Positions 1 to 14,721 of a stretch of 25,787 nt of DNA are shown one piece after another. Every line of letters begins with the position of its first letter. Positions within the stretch are counted from its first letter, which is position 1. Source of the stretch: Eledone cirrhosa (Eukaryota); assembly GCA_964016885.1 (NCBI GenBank), contig CAXHJY010001036.1, forward strand, positions 1 through 25,787, read 5' to 3'. The notes beneath the pieces are model-generated. The model ran no database searches, had not been told where the DNA came from, and saw only the letters and a list, made by a program, of their open reading frames with translations. Made by a program: the position numbers and the translations under genes.

Positions 1-56
1 TATGTATATATATATATGTATGTATGTATGTATGTATATATATATATGTATATATA

Positions 57-87
<31 letters not shown>

Positions 88-114
88 GTGTATATATATA
101 TGTATATATATATA

Positions 115-151
<37 letters not shown>

Positions 152-464
152 GAATGAATGTATATATGTATATATATATGTGTGTGTGTGTAATCCTATT
201 TGTGTTTATATTTACCGTATGATTATATAACATAAGTTAGCGGTCATACAAAACAGATATTGATAAAATAAATAATAAACATGAAACAAATTAGTACTGA
301 GATCGATATGATCGATAAAAATCATCCCACACTCTGATTACTAAATCCAGCGGATGAATAGGACACAGAAAATTAGAAAATATATACAAAATAGGAATGC
401 ACAATCTATATCTAATTACATTTGTATCTGAAAGAATATAATTTCGATTTTCGATACTTATTAT

Positions 465-649
465 TGTATTGTAATGTTCAGGTGACTCCAGATTGAGTCG
501 TGGTGGCGCCGTATTGGCATACGACGGTTCTTAGACATTTTTTAAAGCTTGGTGGAACCCATTCCCCTCTCCAGGTTTGAGCATAGCAGATTTTTTTCCA
601 GAGAAGGATAGAGAGTCAGAGAGAAGAAATGAGAAAGAGATATAAAAGA
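465..649 (-). mobile_element. 5'-truncated SINE/LINE 3' segment inserted into a diverged satellite unit
   Basis: Flanked by the 11-bp direct repeat ATACTTATTAT (454-464, 650-660). Its reverse complement aligns by eye with ~17003-17160 and ends in AACATTACAATACA. Confidence 0.7.
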
Positions 650-699
650 ATACTTATTATAGAATCTCTGTAATATCAAGGCAGCAAGGATTACCTCTG

Positions 700-2055
700 T
701 TACTTTCCTACCAGTAATACAGAAACATTATCAAAATACATCTGGTATCTGAAAGAATATGATTTCAATTTTCGAATACGTTTCATAGAAACTACATAAA
801 AGGACGGCTGCAGTCTGATGACTTCAGTTACTCCCGTATCTTAATACACAAACATTATCTAAATACATCTGGTATCTGAAAGAATATGGTTTCCATTTTC
901 GAATACTTTTCATAAAAACTAGGTAAAAGGACGGCTGCAGTCTGATGACTTCCGCTACTCCCATATCTTAATACACAAACATTATCTAAATACATATGGT
1001 ATCTGAATGAATATGATTTCCATTTTCGAATACTTTTCATAAAAAAATAGGTAAAAGGACGGCTGCAGTCTGATGACTTCCGTTACTCCCGTATCTTAAT
1101 ACACAAACATTATCTAAATACATATGGTATCTGAATGAATATGATTTCCATTTTCGAATACTTTTCATAAAAAAACTAGGTAAAAGGACGGCTGCAGTCT
1201 GATGACTTCCGTTACTCCCGTATCTTAAGACACAAACATTATCTAAATACATCTGGTATCTGAATGAATATGATTTCCATTTTCGAATACTTTTCATAAA
1301 AAACTAGGTAAAAGGACGGCTGCAGTCTGATGACTTCCGTTACTCCCGTATCTTAAGACACAAACATTATCTAAATACATCTGGTATCTGAATGAATATG
1401 ATTTCCATTTTCGAATACTTTTCATAAAAACTAGGTAAAAGGACGGTTGCAGTCTGATGACTTCAGTTACTCCTGTATCTTAATACACAAACATTATCTA
1501 AATACATCTGGTATCTGAAAGAATATGATTTCCATTTTCGAATACTTTTCATAAAAACTAGGTAAAAGGACGGCTGCAGTCTGATGACTTCCGTTACTCC
1601 CGTATCTTAATACACAAACATTATCTAAATACATATGGTATCTGAAAGAATATGATTTCCATTTTCGAATACTTTTCATAAAAAAACTAGGTAAAAGGAC
1701 GGCTGCAGTCTGATGACTTCCGTTACTCCCGTATCTTAAGACACAAACATTATCTAAATACATCTGGTATCTGAAAGAATATGATTTCCATTTTCGAATA
1801 CTTTTCATAAAAACTAGGTAAAAGGACGGCTGCAGTCTGATGACTTCCGTTACTCCCGTATCTTAATACACAAACATTATCTAAATACATCTGGTATCTG
1901 AAAGAATATGATTTCCATTTTCGAATACTTTTCATAAAAACTAGGTAAAAGGACGGTTGCAGTCTGATGACTTCCGTTACTCCGTATCTTAATACACAAA
2001 CATTATCTAAATACACCTGGTATCTGAAAAAAATATGATCTCGATTTTTGATACG
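700..2055. repeat. Tandem satellite, 126-129 bp unit, ~10.5 copies
   Basis: CATTATC recurs at 726, 853, 980, 1108, 1237, 1365, 1492, 1619, 1748, 1875 and 2001. Length variation is mostly in a poly-A run. Diverged remnants lie at ~405-464 and 661-725. Confidence 0.97.
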
Positions 2056-2196
2056 CAGTGATGCAGATAATATAGATATGAGAGACAAAAACGTGTAGAC
2101 TGCGTTGAGTGGAGAAAGTTTTTATCCTGCAAAATGTATTAACATTTCTGCAAGTTAAATAAATCGTGAGCTGGAATTCTTTACCATTCGCCGCCA

Positions 2197-3200
2197 TGAT
2201 GAGCGTGATGGCGGCGGCGGCGGCGGTGGCGGTGGTGGTGGTGGTGATGGAGATGGTGATGAAGATGGTGATGATGATGATGATGATGATGGTGAGTGTG
2301 GGATGATGGAGATGATGGTGATGAATGCGGGGTGATGATGATGGTGATGGTGGTGGAGATGATGGTGATGAATGTGGGGTGATGATGATGATGGTGATGA
2401 TGAATGTGGGATGATGATGATGATTGTGGAGTGATGGTGATGATTGGGATGCTGGTGCTCATGATGATGAGTGTGGGATGATCATGATGATGGTGATGGT
2501 GGTGGTTGTATTGAAGAAGAGGATGATGATATTTATTGTGAGGTGGTGATGGTGATGGTGGTGATGGTGATGGTGATTGTGGTGATAATGATTTTATGAT
2601 GTTGGTGATGATTGTTATGACGGTGATGATGATGGTGATGGTGGTGATGATGATGATGATTGTTATGTCAGTGATAATGATTTGATGGTGATGGTGATGA
2701 TGGTGATGATTGTTATGTCAGTGATAGTGATTTGATGGTGATGATGGTGATGGTGGTGATGGTGATGATTGTTATGTCGGTGATAATGATTTGATGGTGA
2801 TGGTGATGGTGGTGATGGTGATGATTGTTATGTCAGTGATAATGATTTGATGGTGATGGTGATGGTTGTGATTGTGCAGATAAGATGATGATGATGGTGA
2901 TGGTGATGAATGTAAGATGGTGGTGATGATGATGGTGATGATGATGGTGATGATGTTGATGGTGGTGGTGGTGATAGTGATGGTGATGGTGATGGTGATA
3001 ATGGTGGTGATGGTGATGATGATGATGGTGGTGATGATGATGATGGTGATGGTGATGGTGATGATGATGATGATGGTGGTGATGGTGATGATGATGGTGA
3101 TGGTGATGAACGTGATAGCGTGTATAATTGATAAGGTGTGCGATGTTAACATTGCTGCTGCTGCTGCTACTACTACTGATGATGATGATGATGGTGAAGA
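2197..3200. repeat. Compound (GAT/GGT)n trinucleotide low-complexity tract
   Basis: Read directly. Includes the higher-order unit GATTGTTATGTCAGTGATAATGATTTGATGG about 4 times at ~2655-2855. Confidence 0.95.
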
Positions 3201-3247
3201 GGGGGAGGAGGTTGTAAGCAGTGTATGGAGAGGAGTGTAACTACAGG

Positions 3248-3980
3248 CAACAACAATAACAGCAACAACAAAAGCAACACCACCACCACCCCACCACCCT
3301 CCTAGCACCACCGACACCACCACCACGACAACACCACCGCCACAAAAACAACACCACTACCACCTCAACTATCACACCACAACACCCACTATCACCACCA
3401 CCACTACCACTACACCACCACCACCACCACCACCACCACTACGACCACCACCACCACCAACAACAACAACAATACCACTACCACTACCACCACTACCTAT
3501 ACCACTACGCCACCACCACCACCAACAACAACAATAGCACCGCCACCACCACCACCACCACCACCACCACCAACAATACCACCACACCACCACCATTATC
3601 ATCACCACCACCACCACCATCACCACCACTACCACCACCACCACCATCACCACCACCACCACCACCAACACGAACCAACACCACCAACAATACCACCACC
3701 ATTATCATCACCACCACCACCACCATCACCACCACTACCACCACCACCACCATCACCACCATCACCATCACCATCACCACCACCACCAAGACCATCACCA
3801 CCACCACCCTACTAGCACCACCAACACCACCACCACCACCACCCTACTAGCACCACCAACACCACCACCACCACCACCACCCTACTACACCACCATCACC
3901 ACCACCACCACCACCACCATCACCACCACCACCACCACCACCACCACCACCACCACCACCACCATCATCATTATCATCAT
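3248..3980. repeat. Compound (ACC/ATC)n trinucleotide tract
   Basis: Read directly. Confidence 0.95.
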
Positions 3981-4061
3981 TAACAAGAAACAATGTTCGG
4001 AATTTCTTGATGTAATATCCAGGTGTGTTTATAAACTGCGGCGTTTTGTCTTTGTACTGGT

Positions 4062-5165
<1,104 letters not shown>

Positions 5166-5373
5166 ATTAAAACAATCCGTTCGTACTCTGGGTTTCCCCA
5201 TAGAGTCAAACCCAAGACTTGTCCAGCAAACCATCAGAACTCTGTGGAGAGAAGAAGTATTTTGCATAATTTCAGAATCAGCATTAAAGTGGGCGTGGTC
5301 AATGTTTCAAAAAATGGGTGTGGCTTAATCTTTATGTTAATTATCTCATCTGATGTCACAAAAGATATATATG

Positions 5374-5409
<36 letters not shown>

Positions 5410-5414
5410 GCTAT

Positions 5415-5472
5415 CGTGAACCTAATAAACCTTTATTTGTCTGCCTCTCTGTTTTGTTCTCGGCTAAATTTG

Positions 5473-5476
<4 letters not shown>
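5415..5476 (+). mobile_element. 3' terminal fragment of the HHR-bearing element family seen at 20520 and 25321
   Basis: CGTGAACCTAATAAACCTTTATTTGTCTGCCTCTCTGTTTTGTTC matches 20583-20628 and ends at (TA)n. Confidence 0.65.
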
Positions 5477-5522
<46 letters not shown>

Positions 5523-5697
5523 GTGTGTGTGTTTGTGTCTGTTTGTATGTGTGCGTGTGTATGAATATGTATATATATGTGTGTGTGTGTATGTATATAT
5601 ATATGTATATATATATGTATATATATATGTATATATATATGTATATATATATATATGTATATATGTATATATATATGTATATATGTATATATATATG

Positions 5698-5728
<31 letters not shown>

Positions 5729-5776
5729 ATATATATGTATATCTATATACATATTCTTTGCTTGAACTTAAATCTG

Positions 5777-5831
<55 letters not shown>

Positions 5832-6015
5832 CATTTATGTATGTAATGTATGGGTGAATCTATACAAAGATGTATATATATATATGTCGTTTCTGAATTT
5901 GTTTAGCAAGATTCTTTATCTGAAATCGTGTGTTGAAACCGATATTGAAGTGAAAGCAACTGGTGCGTGTTTTTCTTATTGGCAACATGACCCTCCCAAA
6001 GTATAACAATATATA

Positions 6016-6068
<53 letters not shown>

Positions 6069-6307
6069 GCATATGTACATTTATGTATGTAGAAATATGT
6101 ATATATACGTTTGTCTGTACAAACTTTTGTACATGTTTGTACATGTGCATATATGTATGTATTGGTAAATCTATGCAAAGATGTCTATACATATATATAC
6201 ATATACATACATATATGTATATATGTATATGGATATATATATATGTATATATATATATGTATATATACATATATGTATATATATATATATGTACATATAT
6301 ATATATG

Positions 6308-6368
<61 letters not shown>

Positions 6369-6639
6369 GTATATATATATATATATGTATATATATATAC
6401 ATAAATATATTTATATATATATATATATATATATATTTGTTTGTCTATATATGTGTGTGTGTGTGTGAATATATATGCTTATATAGGTATCTATATATAT
6501 GTATATATCTCTCTCTCTATATATATATATATGTATATATATATATGTATGTATATGTATATATACACATGCTTATATACATATATATATACATATACAT
6601 ATATTTATATACACACACATATATATTTATATGCATATG

Positions 6640-6684
<45 letters not shown>

Positions 6685-6769
6685 ATATACATCTAAGTGT
6701 ATACAAACACACGTGCATATATATATATACACTCACACCTATGCACTCACACCTACACACACACGCCTA

Positions 6770-8230
6770 CACACACACCAACACATACACCAACGCACAC
6801 ACCAAGACACACACACCATCACACACACACCAACACACACCAACACACACACACCATCACACACACACACCAACACACACACACCAACACACACCAACCA
6901 CACACACACACCAACACACACACCAACACACCAACACACACACCAACACACCAACACACCAACACACCAACACACACACACACCAACAGACCAACACACA
7001 CCAACACACCAACACACCAACACACACCAACACACCAACACACCAACACACACACACCAAAACACAAACACACACCAACACACACACATCAACACACCAA
7101 CACACCAACACACACACACCAAAACACAAACACACACCAACAGACCAACACACACCCACACACACTAACACACACACACACCAATACACACACACACCAA
7201 CACACCAACACACACCAACACACCAACACACACACACCAAAACACAAACACACACCAACACACCAACACACACACACCAACACACACCAACACACCAACA
7301 CACACCAACACACCAACACACACACACCAACACACCAACACACACCAACACACCAACACACACCAACACACCAACACACACACACCAACACACACACACA
7401 CACCAACACACACACACACCAACACACCAACACACACCAACACACCAACACACCACCACACACCAACACACACCAACAGACACCAACAGACACCAACACA
7501 CAAACACACCAACACACACACCAACACCCCAACACACACCAACACACCAACACACACCAACACACCAACACACCACCACACACCAACACACCACCACACA
7601 CCAACACACCAACACACACACACACCAAAACACAAACACACACCAAAACACAAACACACACCAACACACACACACCAACACACACACACCAACACACACA
7701 CACCAACACACACACACCAACACACACACACACCAACACACACACACACCAACACACCACCACACACCAACACACACCACCACACACCAACACACACCAA
7801 GACACACCAACACACACCAACACACACACACACACCAACACACACACCGACACCCCAACACACACACCCCAACACACCAACACACACCAACACACCAACA
7901 CACACCAACACACCAACACACCACCACACACCAACACACCAACACACACACACACCAACACACACACACCAACACACACCAACACACCAACACACACACC
8001 AACACACCAACACACACCAACACACCAACACACACCAACACACACACACACACCAACACACACACCGATACCCCAACACACACACCAACACACACACACA
8101 CACCAACACACACCAACACACCACCACACACCAACACACACACACACACCAACACACACACACACCAACACACACCACACACACCAACACACCAACACAC
8201 CAACACACACACACACCAACACACACACAC
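6770..8230. repeat. Complex (CA)n/CACCAA minisatellite, ~1.45 kb
   Basis: Almost purely C and A on the + strand, with recurring CACACCAA units. Confidence 0.97.
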
Positions 8231-8337
8231 GTGTCTATCTGGCTAATTTCCAAAACTGTCCGCACTTCGATGTCTTAATCATACAAACTTCTATAGACTC
8301 CATAACGAGGCTCCGCTTAAATCTACCCCCACCTCCA

Positions 8338-8338
8338 T

Positions 8339-8385
<47 letters not shown>

Positions 8386-8698
8386 TACTACCACTACTAC
8401 TACTACCATTACTACTACTACCTCTACTACTATACTACTACTACTACTACCACTACTACTACTTCTACTACTACTACTACTACCATTACTACTACTACCT
8501 CTACTACCACTACTACAATACTACTTCTACTACTACTACTACTACCTCTACTACTATACTACTACCACTACTACCACTACTACTACTTCTACTACTACTA
8601 CTACTACCAACACTACAGCCACCACAATTAGTACTACTACCACTACTACCACCGCCACAACTACTACTACTACCACTACTACACTACTATCACCACCA
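8338..8698. repeat. (CTA)n microsatellite
   Basis: Read directly. Confidence 0.95.
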
Positions 8699-8745
8699 AA
8701 CACATGCTTATATATATATATATACACATGCATATATATATATAT

Positions 8746-8796
<51 letters not shown>

Positions 8797-8810
8797 TATG
8801 AGTATGTAAA

Positions 8811-8851
<41 letters not shown>

Positions 8852-8900
8852 ATGTAGATATATATATATATATATGGATGTGTGTGTATAGATAAGTGTG

Positions 8901-8934
<34 letters not shown>

Positions 8935-9018
8935 CATATCTATATATATATATATACATATCTATATATATATATATATATGAGTGTGTGTGTGTGTATA
9001 TATATGTATATATATATA

Positions 9019-9066
<48 letters not shown>

Positions 9067-9107
9067 CATATATATATATATATATAGATATGTATATATA
9101 TATATAT

Positions 9108-9227
9108 ATAACGAAGGAAATGTGGTAAGGAACCAGGTGGACCATAACGCACCAGAGTACTCAATACTTAGGGTAGTAGAGTGGGTAATAGGAACGAGTA
9201 GGACCCCGACGGCTAATTCTGGACTCG
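9108..9227 (-). mobile_element. Copy of the element at 19600-19741 with an internal deletion
   Basis: Reverse complement matches 19600-19741. It lacks the segment between two GACGGCT direct repeats and is embedded in (TA)n. Confidence 0.8.
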
Positions 9228-9229
9228 TG

Positions 9230-9289
<60 letters not shown>

Positions 9290-9426
9290 GAGATAGATAT
9301 ATATATAGATATATATACACATATATATATATATATATATACGTTATTCCGGGTTGAATCGGAGGTAACCACAGTAAGTAAGGTACTCAATACATAGCAG
9401 AGTATAAAAGTTTTAATATAGATGAG

Positions 9427-9473
9427 ATTCTACAGGACTAGAACTGTTTCATTCTTTAGAAATCATCAGGAAT
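9427..9473 (-). ncRNA. Type I hammerhead ribozyme motif
   Basis: Minus strand reads ATTC-CTGATGA-T TTC TAAA GAA T-GAAA-CAG TTCTAGTC CTG-TA-GAAT. Stems I and III pair; stem II is short with a U.U at its base. Confidence 0.75.
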
Positions 9474-9523
9474 GATTTCTAAAGAATGAAACAGTTCTAG
9501 TCCTGTAGAATCTCATCTATATT

Positions 9524-9557
<34 letters not shown>

Positions 9558-9721
9558 ATATACATATATATATATACATATATATACATACATATATATA
9601 CATATATATATATACATATATATACATATATATATATACATACATATATACATATATATATATATACATATATACATATATACACACATATATATATATA
9701 TACACATATATATATATATAT

Positions 9722-9754
<33 letters not shown>

Positions 9755-10297
9755 CATATATATATACATATACATACATATATACATACATATATATATA
9801 TATACATATACATATATATATACATACATATATACATATATATATACATACATATCTACATACATATATATATATATATACATACATATATATATACATA
9901 CATATATACATATATATATATACATATATACATAAAGTTAAGGTAGTGGGGAATAGATCCCAAATACTATGACGACTAACAGACACCACAATTCTTTCTG
10001 ATGGATGCTCCAACGATTCGGCCACTATTTCAACGTAGCTGGACTTGCATAGAATTTTATCGATTTCTCACTGAGGTTCAATGCTAAAATCGATAATTGT
10101 GCGATTTCAAGGGAGAGAACTGTTGCTTTCACTGCTAGAAATAGCAGCCATTGTCCCTCAAACATCTCTTATACTTGTATGTGTGTATGTATGTATGTGT
10201 GTATGTATGTGTGTGTGTGTATATTTATGTATGTGTGTATATGTTTATGTATGCTGTATATATGCATGTATGTGGATATGTATATGTGGATATATAC

Positions 10298-10328
<31 letters not shown>

Positions 10329-10353
10329 TATACATGTATATGTTTATATATAC

Positions 10354-10403
<50 letters not shown>

Positions 10404-10415
10404 GTATGTGTGTGA

Positions 10416-10471
<56 letters not shown>

Positions 10472-10530
10472 ATGTGTATATATACATATATCTATATAGA
10501 TAACATATCTGTATGTGTATATGACAAGGG

Positions 10531-10602
<72 letters not shown>

Positions 10603-10630
10603 TATACTTACATATATACTTACATATATT

Positions 10631-10662
<32 letters not shown>

Positions 10663-10663
10663 A

Positions 10664-10696
<33 letters not shown>

Positions 10697-10724
10697 ATCA
10701 AAAGATGGTTAAAAGATTTCAAAG

Positions 10725-10795
10725 TATTTTATTATGCGCATTTCAAAAACAAATATCATCATGGGATGATATTTGCGTTCTCATCAGATAAAATA
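10725..10795 (-). ncRNA. Type I hammerhead ribozyme motif
   Basis: TATTTTAT-CTGATGA-GAACGCAAATATCATC CCAT GATGATATTTGTTTTT-GAAA-TGCGCA-TA-ATAAAATA: 8-bp stem I, long stem II, palindromic stem III. Confidence 0.92.
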
Positions 10796-10820
10796 GGGAT
10801 ACATGACTTACGCCCTATAT

Positions 10821-10852
<32 letters not shown>

Positions 10853-11396
10853 CGTATGTATCTTTGTGTCTGTGTTTATACATGCATACGCATATATATA
10901 GATACGATTATATACCTGTGTGTGTGTGTCTGTGTGTGTGTGTGTGTGTGTGTATCTAGGAGAGATGGCGATTCTCGCGAGAAATAGCAGCCAGAATCTA
11001 CCAAGATAAACGAACAATCAAACCACCACCACCACCACCACCGCCGCCCCCACCACGCCACCCTCTCGTAAGTCATTCATAGTATGTACTAGTGTCCAAG
11101 GGAAGCAACTCAGGCCAGCCAACCAGTTGCTTCTATTTTAAGCGGCATTTATATATATATATATTTATATATATATATATATATATTTATATATTTATAT
11201 ATATATATATAGCCAAAAGTTTAACACGGTTCATTGATTAATCAATGAATAAAGTTTTACAATAGATTAGAAGCACTCAACAGTGAGGTTTTCTGGAGTT
11301 ATTAATATTACTTCAAAATATTAATAAATATAGACATTCATGTGATCAAATATATTTTATTTTATCAGCACAGTTGAGGTATGTCAGACATCAATT

Positions 11397-11462
11397 TATT
11401 TTATCTGATGAGGACGTACTGATGAAATAGCTCAGTACCTCTTAAATATGTATAATAAAATA
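11397..11462 (+). ncRNA. Degenerate hammerhead motif (GAAA box mutated to TAAA)
   Basis: TATTTTAT-CTGATGA-GGACGTACTGA..TCAGTACCTCT-TAAA-TATGTA-TA-ATAAAATA. Lies within the inverted repeat 11325-11361 / 11454-11490. Confidence 0.75.
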
Positions 11463-11537
11463 TATTTTATCACATGAATGTCTATATTTATATTTATATA
11501 TATATATATATATAGTGTATGTTTATATGTATGCATG

Positions 11538-11587
<50 letters not shown>

Positions 11588-11612
11588 AATATACATATAT
11601 ATATAAATATAC

Positions 11613-11701
<89 letters not shown>

Positions 11702-11869
11702 TATATAAATATATATATATATACATATATATATAAATATATATATATATATGAATATGTATATATGTTATTAATTCTGGCAATATTACACAAATATGAC
11801 CCTCCCCAAGTATAACAATATATATATATATATGTATATATATACATATATGTATATATATATATATAC

Positions 11870-12037
<168 letters not shown>

Positions 12038-12114
12038 GATATATAGATATATATATATTTATATATATATTTATATATATATATATAGATATATATATAT
12101 ATATATAGATATAC

Positions 12115-12146
<32 letters not shown>

Positions 12147-12308
12147 TTATATATATAGATATACATATATATATATATATATAGATATACATATATATAT
12201 ATATATATAGATATATATATGTATATCTATATATAGATATATATATGTATATCTATATATATATGTATATCTATATATATATATATATATGTATATCTAT
12301 ATATATAA

Positions 12309-12344
<36 letters not shown>

Positions 12345-12804
12345 TATTTATATATATATATATTCATATATACATATATATATATATATTTATATATAGA
12401 TATACATATACATATATCTATATATTTATATATATAATATATATTATTTATATATATATAATATTTATATATATATATATATATATTCATATATACATAT
12501 ATATATTTATATATATATTGATATATACATATATATATATATATATATTGATATATATATATAAATATATATATAAATATATATATGAATATATATATAA
12601 TATATATATGTATATATGAATATATATATATATATATATAAATATATATATGTATATATGAATATATATATATATATATATAAATATATATATGTATATA
12701 TGAATATATATATATATATATATAAATATATATATGTATATATGAATATATAATATATATATAATATATATATATGTATATATATATTTATATATATATA
12801 TATA

Positions 12805-12950
12805 GGCGAATTGTCAGCATCGTTAGAACATCAGATATAATGTTTTAAGGGATTCACTGCAGCTCTCTAATTTCGAGCCCACCGGGGTCAACTTTACCTT
12901 TCATCCTTTCGAGGTCGAAAAAATACAGTACCAGTCAAATACTGGTGTCT
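12805..12950 (+). mobile_element. Diverged tRNA-derived SINE with Nin/Deu-like core
   Basis: Core CTTTCATCCTTTCGAGGTCGAAAAAATACAGTACCAGT; head related to the copies at 13187 and 18401. Confidence 0.75.
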
Positions 12951-13186
12951 ATATATCTCTCTCTCGTCTCACCCCCTCCCCCCCCCACTCTATCTGTTCA
13001 CACACCACACACTATTATATATATAATATATATATATATATATCACGATAGATTAACGGAGGCATAGGCCCTCGTTATTCCCTGTAAATAATGTGCTCAA
13101 AGGGGACGAGATCCTGAGCCCTTTAAAATATAATATGTTGAGAAGGTAACACACCAGAGAGAGATATATAGTGCGTTATCAATAAT

Positions 13187-13374
13187 TGTTTCTACTTTAG
13201 GCACAAGGCCAGCAAATACCCAGTGCATTACTGGTACTTTATTTTATCGACCCCGTAAGGATGAAAGGCAAAGTCAACCTCGGCGGGATTTGAACTCAGA
13301 TCGTAAAGGGACGTAACTATGCTGGAAAGCATGGCGTCCGACCCTCTACCGATACTGCCAATCCCCCCCCCCCC
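13187..13374 (-). mobile_element. tRNA-derived SINE with 13-bp TSD
   Basis: Minus strand has A box TGGCAGTATCGG, B box GAGTTCAAATCC and core GCCTTTCATCCTTACGGGGTCGATAAAATAAAGTACCAG. TSD CGTTATCAATAAT at 13174-13186 and 13375-13387. Confidence 0.9.
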
Positions 13375-13620
13375 CGTTATCAATAATACAGGGAAAAAAC
13401 CACCAATCTATCGTGATATTTCGCTCCTAATAACAGCCTTTCCTAACTCTGTTTGGTTGAGCACACTTCTCTGAGTGGCTTTGGGCTGCCCTTTCTAGCA
13501 GTTCGTCTCTCAGAGGCCACTGGTTCACTGCCCTTAAACACGCTGTGACTTCTCTCTCCCACGTGTAGCTGGACAGTCAATTGTAAAATTCTCTTAGTGT
13601 TGTCTGAAATGTATGGCCTT

Positions 13621-13701
13621 GCACACGCTGATGAACCGAGACTAGACCATTTGTTTCAACAAATTTTTTGGTGAAACATATCTTTGGATTTGTACGTGTG
13701 T
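13621..13701 (+). ncRNA. Type I hammerhead ribozyme motif
   Basis: GCACACG-CTGATGA-ACCGAGA...TTTTGGT-GAAA-CATATC TTTG GATTTG-TA-CGTGTGT. All three stems pair; GUA cleavage triplet. Confidence 0.88.
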
Positions 13702-13885
13702 TATATAGTTATAGAGGTATTTATTTAGGCTTTAATTTATATTTTTAATTATCGTGTCTATAGTCTGCCTTTCATAGGTTATAGATTCCATACACTACTG
13801 GTTTTTTCCCTGTATTATTGATAACGCACTATATATCTCTCTCTGGTGTGTTACCTTCTCAACATATTATATTTTATATATATAT

Positions 13886-13935
<50 letters not shown>

Positions 13936-14017
13936 TTGTATTGAATTTGTTGAAAGTCCGACAAACATAAAAGTTTATAACTGATTTAGAGCACTCAACA
14001 ATTTATAAAACCATATT

Positions 14018-14082
14018 TATTTTATTATATATATTTCAAGGACAACCAAGACAACATTGGTGCGCTTTCATCAGATAAAATA
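14018..14082 (-). ncRNA. Type I hammerhead ribozyme motif (array copy 1)
   Basis: TATTTTAT-CTGATGA-AAGCGCACCAA TGTTGTC TTGGTTGTCCTT-GAAA-TATATA-TA-ATAAAATA on the minus strand. Confidence 0.88.
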
Positions 14083-14255
14083 CAAACTTTGTTTAATACA
14101 TCTCCCCCACTCTATATGTTCACATATATATATATATATATATATATATGTAGAAGTTGTATTGAATTTGTTGAAAGTCCGACAAATATAAAAGTTTATA
14201 ACTGATTTAGAGCACTCAACAGTTTATAGATATTCAATATTTATAAAACCATATT

Positions 14256-14320
14256 TATTTTATTATATATATTTCAAGGACAACCAAGACAACATTGGTG
14301 CGCTTTCATCAGATAAAATA
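14256..14320 (-). ncRNA. Type I hammerhead ribozyme motif (array copy 2)
   Basis: Same motif as 14018-14082, 238 bp away. Confidence 0.88.
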
Positions 14321-14506
14321 CAAACTTTGTTTAATACACTCCCCCACTCTATCTGTTCACACATATATATATATATATATATATATAAGTATAAGTAGAA
14401 GTTGTATTGAATTTGTTGTAAGTCCGACAGACATAAAAGTTTATAACTGATTTAGAGCACTCAACAGCTTACTGGAGTAAATATTCAATATTTATAAAAC
14501 CATATT

Positions 14507-14571
14507 TATTTTATTATATATATTTCAAGGGCCACCAAGACAACATTGGTGCGCTTTCATCAGATAAAATA
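14507..14571 (-). ncRNA. Type I hammerhead ribozyme motif (array copy 3)
   Basis: Same motif with two stem II substitutions, 251 bp from copy 2. Confidence 0.85.
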
Positions 14572-14656
14572 CAAACTTTGTTTAATAAATAGAGACATTT
14601 CCAACCGATAAGGTATGATTTTCATGGGTATGTCCTTATTTATGAAACAAACTTTG

Positions 14657-14721
14657 TATTTTATCTGATGAAAGCGCACCAATGTTGTCTTGGTTGCCCT
14701 TGAAATATATATAATAAAATA
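14657..14721 (+). ncRNA. Type I hammerhead ribozyme motif (inverted copy)
   Basis: TATTTTAT-CTGATGA(14665)-AAGCGCACCAA..TTGGTTGCCCTT-GAAA(14702)-TATATA-TA-ATAAAATA. Confidence 0.9.

Larger units (their letters stand above)
13124..13876 (+). mobile_element. HHR-containing element bounded by ~78-bp inverted repeats, left arm interrupted by a SINE
   Basis: 13124-13186 plus 13388-13402 is the reverse complement of 13799-13876. HHR at 13621-13701; (TA)n follows. Confidence 0.75.

Noticed and set aside
726-2050. CTGATGA in each satellite unit with a downstream GAAA, suggesting a retrozyme array
   Set aside because: I could not form stems I, II or III around the boxes, and GAAA is GAAT in several units. 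A covariance search would settle it.
855-2088. Repeated MKSIRKWKSY.. ORFs, or a CRISPR-like array
   Set aside because: Frames shift with poly-A length and there are no unique spacers; this is a plain satellite.
9935-10175. Unique sequence as a host exon
   Set aside because: No recognisable protein motif or convincing splice context.
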